Shown: positions 9,321-18,125 of the stretch, piece after piece
Layout of the letters: each line of letters starts with the position of its first letter
Numbering within the stretch: position 1 is the stretch's first letter
Source: Phycisphaerae bacterium
Lineage (GTDB): Bacteria > Planctomycetota > Phycisphaerae > UBA1845
Length of the DNA stretch: 41,966 bases
Assembly (NCBI GenBank): GCA_050050135.1
Contig: JASFUW010000001.1
Coordinates: forward strand, 1 to 41,966
Direction of reading: 5' to 3'
Translations under genes and position numbers: made by a program
Notes under the pieces: generated by a model
Told to the model about the DNA's origin: nothing
The model's database searches: none
The model's input: the letters and a program-made list of their open reading frames with translations, nothing else

Positions 9321-10003
9321 GGCACGTGGCCTACCTCACCGACTCCGCGGCACGATTCTACCAGACAACAGAATCATAAGACAAGCTACAAACCAACAAC
9401 GCCAGCTCATTCACAACCGCGCCTCCGCAGTTCGAACCGCGCCTGTAAGAAAGCGGCCTAGGGATCATGAACCGCACACCCACCGCACGCGGAAGGCCGC
9501 CAAAAACCCGTCCGGCTGTATCTATCGGTTCGGCATACCGCCCTCGTTTTCGTTCCGGCTCAAAACAGATGCAACCGCTTCCTGTGCAGATTCGCGCGGC
9601 CGTCTCGCGCACGGCGCAAACAACATATGGCACGGGCCCCACGACGGGTGCCACGGGTCCGCGAAGCCGGCCCCGTGGGCATCCTCTTCCCCGAGGGTTC
9701 CCAAACCCGCAGAACGCAAGCCCGACGTCCGTCTGGAGAATCGCAAGACTGAAGTGCAAACCACGCTGGCTTCCGCGCACCGGCCCTCCGACACCCCGAA
9801 CGCAGCAAACGCAGCACAACGGACGCGTAAGACTCAACCGTCCCCCGGTCTCCGGCATGCCGCGGTCCCCCGTCCCCCCATGTCCCTTCGTCCCCGTGTG
9901 GCTTCCCGTTCTTCTTCATCTTTCGTCCTTCATCCTTCCGCACCCCGGAGCATTGATCACCAATCCGCCACATTCCCCGTCCTCCGCTCCCTGTTCCCTC
10001 TCT

Positions 10004-12931
10004 TCAAACCGTCTGCATCGCATCGATAATGTTGTTCCGCGCAGCCCGCCGCGCGGGCCCGATCCCCGCCAGCAGGCAGACCCCCACCGTGATCAACACG
10101 CTGATTGCGACCGTCCCCATCGGCACGATGAACTCGAACGTGATATCCGCGATCCTCGAACTGATCTGCTGGTCGCTGTACGCAGTATGGAATCCTAGTG
10201 CTACACCCATGACACTTCCGAGCGCCCCCAGTGTAACGGCCTCGGTGAGCACCAGCCGCACGATCTGCGATTTCACCGCCCCCACCGCCCGCAGCATCGC
10301 GATCTGCCGCGACCGCATGTGCACGCTCACCATCATCAGATTCGCGATCCCTACGGCAGCCACCACCAGCAAAACCGACGGCAACCACGTAATCGCCCCG
10401 ATCGCCCGCCGAAGCGCGACATCGAGCGATCGCCGAAGCCGCGAGACCGACCCCACAATGGCGTCCGGGTTCCCCGTGATCTGGGCGACCTTCAGCAGGA
10501 CGAGCCACTCACGGAACGTATACCAGTTCTCTTCACGTCCCCGACGTTCCGTCGACGATGACCACGCCAGCTTCCGAATCGCCTGCGCAAACCGTTCGAG
10601 TTCCGACCGGGCCGCATCCGGCAGGACCGCCTCCCGACCGCTCCCTCGCCACGCCGCAAGCTCTGTCAGGATCGCCCCCAGCCGCTCCTGCTCAGACGGC
10701 AGGTAGGGCGACCACGCCAACAGCGCATCCGCCACCGCCTCCTCGTCGCCGAAGTCGGGAAGGTGCTGTGGGTCGAAGTCCGGCGGCAATTCAGTTTCCG
10801 GCAAATCGAGGTCGAACAGAAACATCGAGACGATATCCAGCCCGAACTTCTCCTTCAGGTCTGAAGCCGTACCGAGAAGGGCGCTGGCGGCCGCGAACTG
10901 CATGTAGCTCTCCGCCTGAAACGCCGACACCGCCATATCCATCGCCGGCGATTCCACGACCCCCGCCACCTCGAACCGCGCCGACTTCCCCCCCACGTTC
11001 ACCATGATCTCGTCACCCAGATGAAGGTCCTTGCTCCTTCCCGTCTGTCGTGGAATCAAAACCGCCCCGCCCCGCTCCAGCTTCTCCATCGCCTCGTCAA
11101 ACGAACCCTCCACGAACGTCACCTTCACCATCTCGAGCACCCGCTTGGGATCACCCGCGACAAACACGGGGCGGGTAAGCCTCTTTACCAACGACTCGAC
11201 GATCGACGACGACGACGCGCCTTCGGCATCCGCCTTCTCGATCCGACAATCCGCATCGACCAGCGTGCTGCACTCCCCCACACCCGGCGCCCTTTGCACG
11301 CGCTCCACGACCTCCCCCGACACATACTTCGGCGTCCACACGAACGCTTCGGGCAGTCGCGCCGGAAAATCCCAGATCGCCAGAACGCTCTTGGCCTGAA
11401 CCGCGAGATAGACGATCAGCGAGAGTCCGACCATCAGAACCCAGCACGCCCCCGTACTGCGCCAGGGCGAACGCACCAGCGGTTCTTCCGCCAACCGCGC
11501 TCGAAGCCCGAGCAGCCGGCCGAACACCCGCGCCGCCGGCCGCCCGAAAGCCACCACCAACACCGGCGTCACCAACGTGTACCCGAGATAAAGCGACCCC
11601 ACGCCCACAAAGACAAACACCGGCTCAACCCAGCGATACGGATCGGAGAAGACCGCCATCCCGTGATGAATCAACAACAGACTCACCCCCACCGCTCCGG
11701 AAAAAAAAACGAGCGCCATCCGGGCCGGTCGAGCCTGCGGCGCGAGCGCCTCCAACGGCGTCACGCGCCCGACTTGAAGTGTCAACAAAGCAGCACTGAG
11801 CAGCGTCGTGACGACCCCGCTGATCGCGGCCAGCGCCATCCCCCACCGATCATAGTGAACCTCGATCATCAGTTCCGGCGAAAACGAGGCAATAATCTCG
11901 GTCAACACCACGCCCCCGAGCAGCCCGAACACCGTCCCCACCACACCCAGCGGAACCAACTCGAAGAACAGCAGGGCGGTCACCTGACCACGGGTCGCGC
12001 CGAGACACCGCATCGTGCCGAGCTGCGGGCGCCGCTGCGCCAGCCCGATCGCCTGAGTGGTCACGATGATGAAAAACGACGTGAGCATCGCCACGAACGC
12101 CACGATCCCCAGGATCAATCTCATGATCCGGTCCGCTTCATCCAGCGCGATCTGCCGACTCGCAGCCGTCTCAATCCGGTATGAATACGGCGGCGTATTC
12201 CGAGCCAGGGACCGTTCAATCGCTTCCTTCGCCGCCGCCAGCGCATCGAGCGACGCGTCGGCCAGCATCACGTCGATCGCCGTCACCGCGCCCGGCTCTT
12301 TCCTCAGCGCTTGCAGGTCCGACAGAGGAACATAGACCCGCGGCGCTTGAAAGTCCGCCAGCCGCTGACTCGCGAACAGCCCGATGACACGCAGTGTCAT
12401 TCGCGGACCTTCGCGTCGCGTCGCCAGCGACACCGTATCGCCGAGCCCGATGCCCCACGCGACGGCCGTCTCCCGCTCCATGACCGCCGCCCCCGTTTCG
12501 GAGGGTTTCAACATCTCCCCCTCGAGCGCGGGAAGAGACTGGAATGGTTCTTCGGTTGTGGGATCGATCCCGATCGCATCCACCCACCGCCAGCGGCGCG
12601 TCACCAGATCCTCTGTCTCCCCCTCCCTACAGAGTCTTACCCGTCGGTGCAGCCGCGCGGTGACGTGGATCACGTTCTCGATCTCGGCGAGTCCACGCGC
12701 CATCGACGCGTCGAGCCGCCCCCAATGCGCACCCAGCGGATGGATCGTTACGTGCGCAGACCCCAACCAGCGGTAGACAACCTCATCGAGAATCGCGTCG
12801 TGCGAGGTCTTGTAGCAGTTGGCGATCGTCGCCACCGCCCCCACGCCGAGGGCCACCGAGAGACCCGCCGCCAGACATCGACCCGGGTTAGCCCACCAGC
12901 TCCCGATAGCGAGACGCCACAAACGCCGCAT
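10004..12931 (-). CDS. ABC transporter permease, fused double FtsX/MacB-type
   Basis: Track ORF 10004..12973. The likely start is MRRLWRLAIGSWWANPGR (ATG 12931..12929), typical of MacB/FtsX N-termini. Two TM bundles are separated by large extracytoplasmic regions. The C-terminal FtsX block is ...MRSRQIAMLRAVGAVKSQIVRLVLTEAVTLGALGSVMGVALG.... Confidence 0.75.
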   Translation of the reverse strand: MRRLWRLAIGSWWANPGRCLAAGLSVALGVGAVATIANCYKTSHDAILDEVVYRWLGSAHVTIHPLGAHWGRLDASMARGLAEIENVIHVTARLHRRVRLCREGETEDLVTRRWRWVDAIGIDPTTEEPFQSLPALEGEMLKPSETGAAVMERETAVAWGIGLGDTVSLATRREGPRMTLRVIGLFASQRLADFQAPRVYVPLSDLQALRKEPGAVTAIDVMLADASLDALAAAKEAIERSLARNTPPYSYRIETAASRQIALDEADRIMRLILGIVAFVAMLTSFFIIVTTQAIGLAQRRPQLGTMRCLGATRGQVTALLFFELVPLGVVGTVFGLLGGVVLTEIIASFSPELMIEVHYDRWGMALAAISGVVTTLLSAALLTLQVGRVTPLEALAPQARPARMALVFFSGAVGVSLLLIHHGMAVFSDPYRWVEPVFVFVGVGSLYLGYTLVTPVLVVAFGRPAARVFGRLLGLRARLAEEPLVRSPWRSTGACWVLMVGLSLIVYLAVQAKSVLAIWDFPARLPEAFVWTPKYVSGEVVERVQRAPGVGECSTLVDADCRIEKADAEGASSSSIVESLVKRLTRPVFVAGDPKRVLEMVKVTFVEGSFDEAMEKLERGGAVLIPRQTGRSKDLHLGDEIMVNVGGKSARFEVAGVVESPAMDMAVSAFQAESYMQFAAASALLGTASDLKEKFGLDIVSMFLFDLDLPETELPPDFDPQHLPDFGDEEAVADALLAWSPYLPSEQERLGAILTELAAWRGSGREAVLPDAARSELERFAQAIRKLAWSSSTERRGREENWYTFREWLVLLKVAQITGNPDAIVGSVSRLRRSLDVALRRAIGAITWLPSVLLVVAAVGIANLMMVSVHMRSRQIAMLRAVGAVKSQIVRLVLTEAVTLGALGSVMGVALGFHTAYSDQQISSRIADITFEFIVPMGTVAISVLITVGVCLLAGIGPARRAARNNIIDAMQTV

Positions 12932-13676
12932 CGTGATCTCCGCCCGGACCGATCTCGCCGGCCAACCCACCATCTCTCAAAACGAGCACCCGATCCGCGT
13001 GGCTCGCCGCGTCAGCCTCGTGGGTCACCGCGACAACCGTTCGCCCCCCATCGCGCGCCAACGACGACAACAACCCCCAGATCGCCGCACCGTGTTTGCT
13101 GTCCAGGTTTCCCGTCGGCTCATCCGCGAGCAAGAGCACCGGGTCGTTCATCAACGCACGGGCGATCGCCACCCGTTGCTGCTCTCCGCCCGAGAGCGCC
13201 TGTGGTCGGTGCTTCGCACGGTGCGAGAGGTTGACCTCTTCCAACAACCGTCCCGCCCGCGCGTCCATCTGCTCCGCCTCGCCGTTCTCCAACAGCGCCG
13301 GCAACGCCACGTTCTCGACGGCTGACAGCGTAGGAAGGAGGTTATAAGCCTGGAACACGATCCCCAGCCGGCGTCTGCGAAAGAGCGTCCGCTCTCGGTC
13401 GCTCATGTCGTGCAGGTCCTGGCCACCCACACAGATGGACCCCATGCTCGGAACGTCGAGCCCGCCGATCAGATGCAACAGCGTGCTCTTGCCGGAACCG
13501 CTCGCCCCCATGATGGCGACGAATTCCCCCTCGTGAACATCGAAAGACACACCCCGGAGGGCATCCACCGGTTGACCATCGCTGAGGTAGGTCTTGGACA
13601 GGTCACAGACGGTAAGAACCGGGGAGACGGCTCGAGGGCTTGCTTCGTTCGCGCCGACTGCCGAGGGCTCATCCAT
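12888..13676 (-). CDS. ABC transporter ATP-binding protein (MacB/LolD-type)
   Basis: Walker A GASGSGKSTLL, signature LSGGEQQRVAIARAL, Walker B LLLADEPTGNLD, H-loop VTHE. Confidence 0.9.
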   Translation of the reverse strand: MDEPSAVGANEASPRAVSPVLTVCDLSKTYLSDGQPVDALRGVSFDVHEGEFVAIMGASGSGKSTLLHLIGGLDVPSMGSICVGGQDLHDMSDRERTLFRRRRLGIVFQAYNLLPTLSAVENVALPALLENGEAEQMDARAGRLLEEVNLSHRAKHRPQALSGGEQQRVAIARALMNDPVLLLADEPTGNLDSKHGAAIWGLLSSLARDGGRTVVAVTHEADAASHADRVLVLRDGGLAGEIGPGGDHDAAFVASRYRELVG

Positions 13677-13870
13677 GATTTCGGACTGCTAGGTCGTCAA
13701 GGCTGACCCGGCGGTGTCGCACCGAACCGCCAACTCCGCGGGCCATTGTACGCCTCTGCGCGCCGATTCGCCAATAAGCACGCCCGAAACATCCGCCGCT
13801 CGACCGGTGTGGCCGCCACGCACCCAGCCGGCAAAGCCGCACGCTATGCGCCACCGCCGAATCCCAAAAC

Positions 13871-13898
13871 AAAAACGCCCGCTTAGCGGGCGTTTTTT
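13871..13898 (-). terminator. Intrinsic (bidirectional-looking) terminator hairpin
   Basis: aaaaaCGCCCGCttaGCGGGCGtttttt: a 7-bp GC stem (13876-13882 / 13886-13892) flanked by an A-run and a T-run. It lies about 100 nt downstream of the minus-strand stop at 14000. Confidence 0.6.
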
Positions 13899-13999
13899 CT
13901 TATCATCCCATTTTCCGCCGGTAGGCCCGACGATTCGCCGGGGTCCCCTGTCACAAAACCAAGGACCCAAGTCAGGCGAACGTCTCAACCCGGTGCACG

Positions 14000-14338
14000 C
14001 TAGCCCATGGGCTTGGCTTCCGCCTTTTTCAGCCGTTTGGTCTTGCCGCGCTTCTTGCCTTTACGCCGGACGCTCCGCGACGAGGTCTTCCTTCTTTCCT
14101 TTCGACTCACGTTCGACGCCGACGTCGTCCTACGTTCGCTGCGACCCGATCTACGGACATTCCGATTCGTGTCCCCCGTGGTCTCCCTCGCCTTACGTTC
14201 AACGGTCTGGCCCGTGTTGCTGGTTGCGCGCCGCTGTTCACCCGAACCACTGAAGGTAAAGTAGGCAACGCTCCCTGCACCGAGGATCAGAACCGCGGCG
14301 ACGGCAATAAACACTTTCTGCTTCTTCTGAGCATCCAC
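14000..14338 (-). CDS. Small single-pass membrane protein with Arg/Lys-rich tail (paralog A, 112 aa)
   Basis: Within track ORF 14000..14395. GGGAGG lies 8 nt upstream of an in-frame GTG at 14338. The product reads VDAQKKQKVFIAVAAVLILGAGSVAYF... and then a basic tail ...RKERRKTSSRSVRRKGKKRGKTKRLKK.... Confidence 0.5.
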   Translation of the reverse strand: MDAQKKQKVFIAVAAVLILGAGSVAYFTFSGSGEQRRATSNTGQTVERKARETTGDTNRNVRRSGRSERRTTSASNVSRKERRKTSSRSVRRKGKKRGKTKRLKKAEAKPMG

Positions 14339-14634
14339 GACGACAACCTCCCGCGCATTCGCGCTCCGGTTCGGTCGATATTGACACGCCAACAAGTAGT
14401 ATCGGCGTCGAACGGTGCCGCGTCAAGCGTGAGCCGCCGATGGACGCCTCACGCTGCTGCGCACCTACCTCCGACGCCGGTTCTCCTACAACTTTAGACG
14501 CCTGAGAAGCCGCCTTGGTTCCCAGCTTGGGCCGAATTTCCCGCAAAAAACGGCAGGATCGTTCCGAAAACCAAGTGCACGTCACGGCTCGGCGCCGCGA
14601 TCGTGCCACACTCCCCCCGCCGGACCGCATGACC

Positions 14635-14973
14635 TTACCCGGCCGGAGCGGGGGCGGTCTGTTTTACCTCTCGCGGTTTGGTGCGTTCACGTCGCGGCCG
14701 CGTGTACCTGGTGGGTTTCTTCGATTCCGGGCGTCGCGGACGGTTCACACGCTCAACCGGCGGCTCCTTCCGGACCGGCTTCGCGGGACGGACGTCTTCC
14801 CGCGGGGCGTTTCGGTCACGGTCCGGGCGCTGGACGCTCGGCGTCGCCGCCGCGACCGACGGCGGAGGCGTCGAACCGCGATCGAAAGCAAGCCAGTAGC
14901 TCCCCGCACCCAGCAAAAACGCCGTAAGGCCGGTCACGACGAACGCCACTCGGTTTTGCCGGCTCATCTCCAT
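14635..14973 (-). CDS. Small single-pass membrane protein with Arg/Lys/Pro-rich tail (paralog B, 112 aa)
   Basis: Within track ORF 14635..15117. GGAAGGAG lies 7 nt upstream of the ATG at 14973. The product reads MEMSRQNRVAFVVTGLTAFLLGAGSYWLAF... and then ...RPAKPVRKEPPVERVNRPRRPESKKPTRYTRPRRERTKPRE.... Confidence 0.55.
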   Translation of the reverse strand: MEMSRQNRVAFVVTGLTAFLLGAGSYWLAFDRGSTPPPSVAAATPSVQRPDRDRNAPREDVRPAKPVRKEPPVERVNRPRRPESKKPTRYTRPRRERTKPREVKQTAPAPAG

Positions 14974-15376
14974 AGCTTGACTCCTTCCGTTTCCAGTACC
15001 GACTGCCCTCTGCCGCCACGTCGGTCGCTGACCCGCGGCGAGGTTGGGACCGGAACTGCGGCCTCCGCTCCGGTCTTCTCCCACACTTTGGACGCCTCGC
15101 TCGCCCTGCGGTTCCAATCGCCTCAGGCAGCCCGTCGCCCTGTTGCCCTCGCCGGTCGCGAATCAACCCGACGCGCGGCCCCGCCCGGTGGCGGCGCAGG
15201 CGAACCGTCAACCGAACGGAGCTGCCGATAACCATGCTCCGGGTTCGCGCCGCACCGCCGGTCCCGAAGTTGACGAACGACCTCGGTTGGCGGTACGCTC
15301 GCCCAGCGGGTGGAATAAGGAAAAGCCCCTTAAGTGCAGAAGAGCATGCCTGAGAACATACAAGGAGTCCGGTGTC

Positions 15377-16279
15377 ATGATGAAGCTCGGCTTCAGCGCT
15401 CGTGTATGCCCCGAGTGGGATCTCACTACGCTCATCGGCAAAGCCGCCGAACTCGGCTTCAACGGCGTCGAACTGGTCGATCTGCGAGGCGGCCCACCGC
15501 TGCCTTCCGCCAGAGAGTTGACCGCGAATCCTGACGTCGGGCATGCGCTGCTCGAAAGCAAGAAAGTCGAACTGGCATGCCTCAGCTCCGACGTAACGCT
15601 GGACTCGAAGAACAACACGGAGCTCAACAAACAAAGGACCGCCCTCGCCGAAACGGTCGGGCTCGCCGCGAAGCTTCGCTGCCCGTTCGTACGAATCTCC
15701 GCCGGCCACGTCCAACGTCTCGACACGGAACGGTTCGCGCTCGCGAGGATCGCTGACGCCCTCCGCGCTCTCGTGCCGATGCTGTCGCGGCACGATGTGA
15801 CGCTTCTGGTGGAAAACGGCGGCGACTTCACCGGCGCCAACCACCTATGGCATCTGGTCGACGCCGTGGACCACCCGACCGTTCGCGGATGCTGGAACCA
15901 GTGCCAGGCCATGACATCCGGTGAACGGGCCACGAGAAGCATCCCGCGTCTGGGCAGCAGGCTCGGGCTCGTCCATCTCTGCGACGCCGCCTTTGACGAA
16001 AACCACGTACTGACCGAGTACAAGCTCCTCGGCGACGGCAATACCGACGTCGCCCACCAGATCGACCTCCTGAAGGGCATCGTCTACGACCGATATCTGA
16101 TCTTTGACTGGCCCAAAAACCGAATCCCGTCCCTGCCCGACCCGGACGACGCCGTACCCAAGTCCTATGAGTTCATGCGCGAATGCGTCGAGGCAAAACA
16201 GACCGTCCTCGCCGCCTACAAGGGCGACAAGCAGGCACCCAGGATGGCGGCACGGACCGGAGCAACCGCCACCGTTTGA
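15377..16279 (+). CDS. Sugar phosphate isomerase/epimerase (xylose-isomerase-like TIM barrel)
   Basis: AAGGAG lies 9 nt upstream of the ATG at 15377. The product MMKLGFSARVCPEWDLTTLIGKAAELGFNGVEL...FVRISAG...LLVENGGDF...LVHLCD... is typical of the AP_endonuc_2 family. The upstream part of track ORF 15044..16279 is R/P-rich and non-coding-looking. Confidence 0.75.
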   Translation: MMKLGFSARVCPEWDLTTLIGKAAELGFNGVELVDLRGGPPLPSARELTANPDVGHALLESKKVELACLSSDVTLDSKNNTELNKQRTALAETVGLAAKLRCPFVRISAGHVQRLDTERFALARIADALRALVPMLSRHDVTLLVENGGDFTGANHLWHLVDAVDHPTVRGCWNQCQAMTSGERATRSIPRLGSRLGLVHLCDAAFDENHVLTEYKLLGDGNTDVAHQIDLLKGIVYDRYLIFDWPKNRIPSLPDPDDAVPKSYEFMRECVEAKQTVLAAYKGDKQAPRMAARTGATATV

Positions 16280-16396
16280 ACTCGCGGCGAGTTTGCCGTC
16301 CTGTCGTATCCCAGCAACGCCGCGAACACCCCCGGTCCGATTCCCGACCGCCTAACTCAAACCGCCCGTGACCGCTGGCCGATAACCCTCCCGAAC

Positions 16397-17848
16397 GTGG
16401 TCAGTCAATACACAACCATTCCCGGATGGTCGATCGTCGGCCTGCTCGGTTTCTCCGCGGCCCTGGTTCTTTGCCGGGTCCTTCTGCGAAACACGATCGG
16501 CCTGCTCGCGTTTCTATTCTGCGTTACCGTCGCGGCAGCCCTCGCCGTCGCGCGTGTGTGGCCCGCATCCGATGGAGCGATCCAGGGCCTGGCGCAGACC
16601 TGTGCAGCAGCCGCTCTGCTCTGGGCCGTCTTCGCGGCCCTGGCTCGACCGCACGCGGACCGCGCCACCGATGACCGCTGGAGCGACAGATTCGCGAGGC
16701 TCGCACGCGTCGTCGCTCTCCTGCTCGCCATCCCCGCGGTCATCGTCCTCGCCGTCATCCTCACTATGAGAACGGTCTTGGTGGCCGTGGAACTCGTCAC
16801 GCTCGTGCCCCACCCCGCCACCTACCGGTACGGTTTCGGGGTCGACGGGCTGTGGACGCTCCTGTTCGTGTTCCTGTCTTCAACAGTCGCCTGGGTCTCG
16901 ACCCGCGACCGGCGGCTGGCTGTCTGTCAGCTCTGGGGTGCCATATCGTTGGCATTATGGATCTGCCTCCTGAACGCGCCCCTGAGGACCACCGCCGTGG
17001 GCGGCGTCGAGCGGACCAGCCTCACCCTGTTCCTCGCGGTCGTGGTCGCAGCCACGCTCGCCTTGGCCGTTCTCGTCATCGGCCGGGTCCATCGACTTCA
17101 GAGCCCTTGTTCCGTCCAGACCTCGACCGACCCGACCACCGACCAGACCGGCGCTTGGCCCGGGTTGACGCTCAGCGTGACCGCTATCGCCACGGGTATG
17201 CTGCTCCTCGTCTGTTATCATCTCGCGATCCCGCTGCAGACCCATCCCGGCGGGCACCGGCTATCAGCCTTCATACTGGCGGGGACGGCCGGCGTGACCG
17301 CCTCGACATGTTTCGGCCTGAGTCGACAAGCCTTGAGCGTCCCGCTTCTTGACAGCGCCATGGCGTCAACGTCGATCGGGCTCTGTGCGCTGGCAACGAT
17401 CATCGTCCCTGAACAACCACACGCACTCGCCGCACGCTATCCGATGCTCTTCAACGCCATGATCGTAGGTCTCGCTGTCGCGATGGCCCTATGCGTCAGC
17501 ATCGGGACCGAACCCCCCGGTCCGCCCGCTGCATGGCGAGGTTCGGCCTTTATCACCAGGCTCATGCCGCACGCGCGACGTTTCGCCTTTCTCGACGCCG
17601 CGCTAGCCCTGGTCGTCTCCTTCGCCATGGCGCTTTGGCCGCGATGGCCGGAGATCCCGATCATGGACGACTCGTTCGGCCGGATGACCGCTGGGTGCGC
17701 CGCGAACCTTCTCCTCCTGCTCGTCGCCCTCTGGGCATCACGCCGCATACCGCGCGTCTCCTATCAAGTGCTGACCGTGTTGGTCCTCGTCTCCACCACC
17801 GCCTTTCTGGTCATCCGGCTGCTACCGTTCAGCGCAAGATTCGGTTAG
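16397..17848 (+). CDS. Polytopic integral membrane protein (about 10-12 TM), no recognisable family
   Basis: 483-aa ORF with a GTG start. Hydrophobic helices are spaced throughout, and I see no catalytic or transport motif. Coding is inferred from hydrophobicity periodicity only. Confidence 0.5.
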   Translation: MVSQYTTIPGWSIVGLLGFSAALVLCRVLLRNTIGLLAFLFCVTVAAALAVARVWPASDGAIQGLAQTCAAAALLWAVFAALARPHADRATDDRWSDRFARLARVVALLLAIPAVIVLAVILTMRTVLVAVELVTLVPHPATYRYGFGVDGLWTLLFVFLSSTVAWVSTRDRRLAVCQLWGAISLALWICLLNAPLRTTAVGGVERTSLTLFLAVVVAATLALAVLVIGRVHRLQSPCSVQTSTDPTTDQTGAWPGLTLSVTAIATGMLLLVCYHLAIPLQTHPGGHRLSAFILAGTAGVTASTCFGLSRQALSVPLLDSAMASTSIGLCALATIIVPEQPHALAARYPMLFNAMIVGLAVAMALCVSIGTEPPGPPAAWRGSAFITRLMPHARRFAFLDAALALVVSFAMALWPRWPEIPIMDDSFGRMTAGCAANLLLLLVALWASRRIPRVSYQVLTVLVLVSTTAFLVIRLLPFSARFG

Positions 17849-17873
17849 CTTGGAAAAAAGAAGGAGGCGCCGG

Positions 17874-18125
17874 GTGGCCGAGAACAACCGACTCATCAGA
17901 CTGCGTAGACTCTCGAAGGCCTTGCAGACCCACCGCCCCGCCACCGCGGAACAGCTCGGGGCGGCCGTCGGCGTGTCACGACGCACGCTCCTTCGAGGCC
18001 TCAGCCTACCTCCGGAATTGCGGACTAACTACCAACTAGCAGGGGACAAGCCACATGCGCGCCGTCGTCCAGCGAGTCAGTCAGGCCTCGGTTCACGTCG
18101 AGGACAGCGTCAGCGGCGCCATTGA
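17874..18125 (+). CDS. Short winged-helix (HTH_11 / YafY-BirA N-terminal-like) ORF, possibly a truncated or frameshifted regulator remnant
   Basis: AAGGAGG (17861-17867) lies 6 nt upstream of the GTG at 17874. The product reads VAENNRLIRLRRLSKALQTHRPATAEQLGAAVGVSRRTLLRGLS.... The expected continuation (..AYLRNCGL..) is in the +1 frame and stops at 18039. The annotated frame runs 71 nt into dtd. Confidence 0.3.
   Translation: MAENNRLIRLRRLSKALQTHRPATAEQLGAAVGVSRRTLLRGLSLPPELRTNYQLAGDKPHARRRPASQSGLGSRRGQRQRRH

Noticed and set aside
9358-10198. ORFs 9169..10029, 9467..10198, 9358..9858 and 9560..9973 in the 9.3-10.0 kb gap
   Set aside because: They are mutually overlapping on both strands, R/P/G-rich, and lack SD sequences or motifs. 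This is consistent with random open frames in high-GC DNA.
11021-13325. + strand ORFs 11021..12184, 12311..13234 and 12819..13325 opposite the ABC genes
   Set aside because: They are shadow ORFs. The minus-strand frames carry Walker A/B, the ABC signature and FtsX motifs.
14816-16080. Minus-strand ORFs 14816..15844 (342 aa) and 15208..16080 (290 aa)
   Set aside because: They overlap the SD-supported TIM-barrel isomerase gene and the divergent promoter region. They are low-complexity R/S/A-rich translations.
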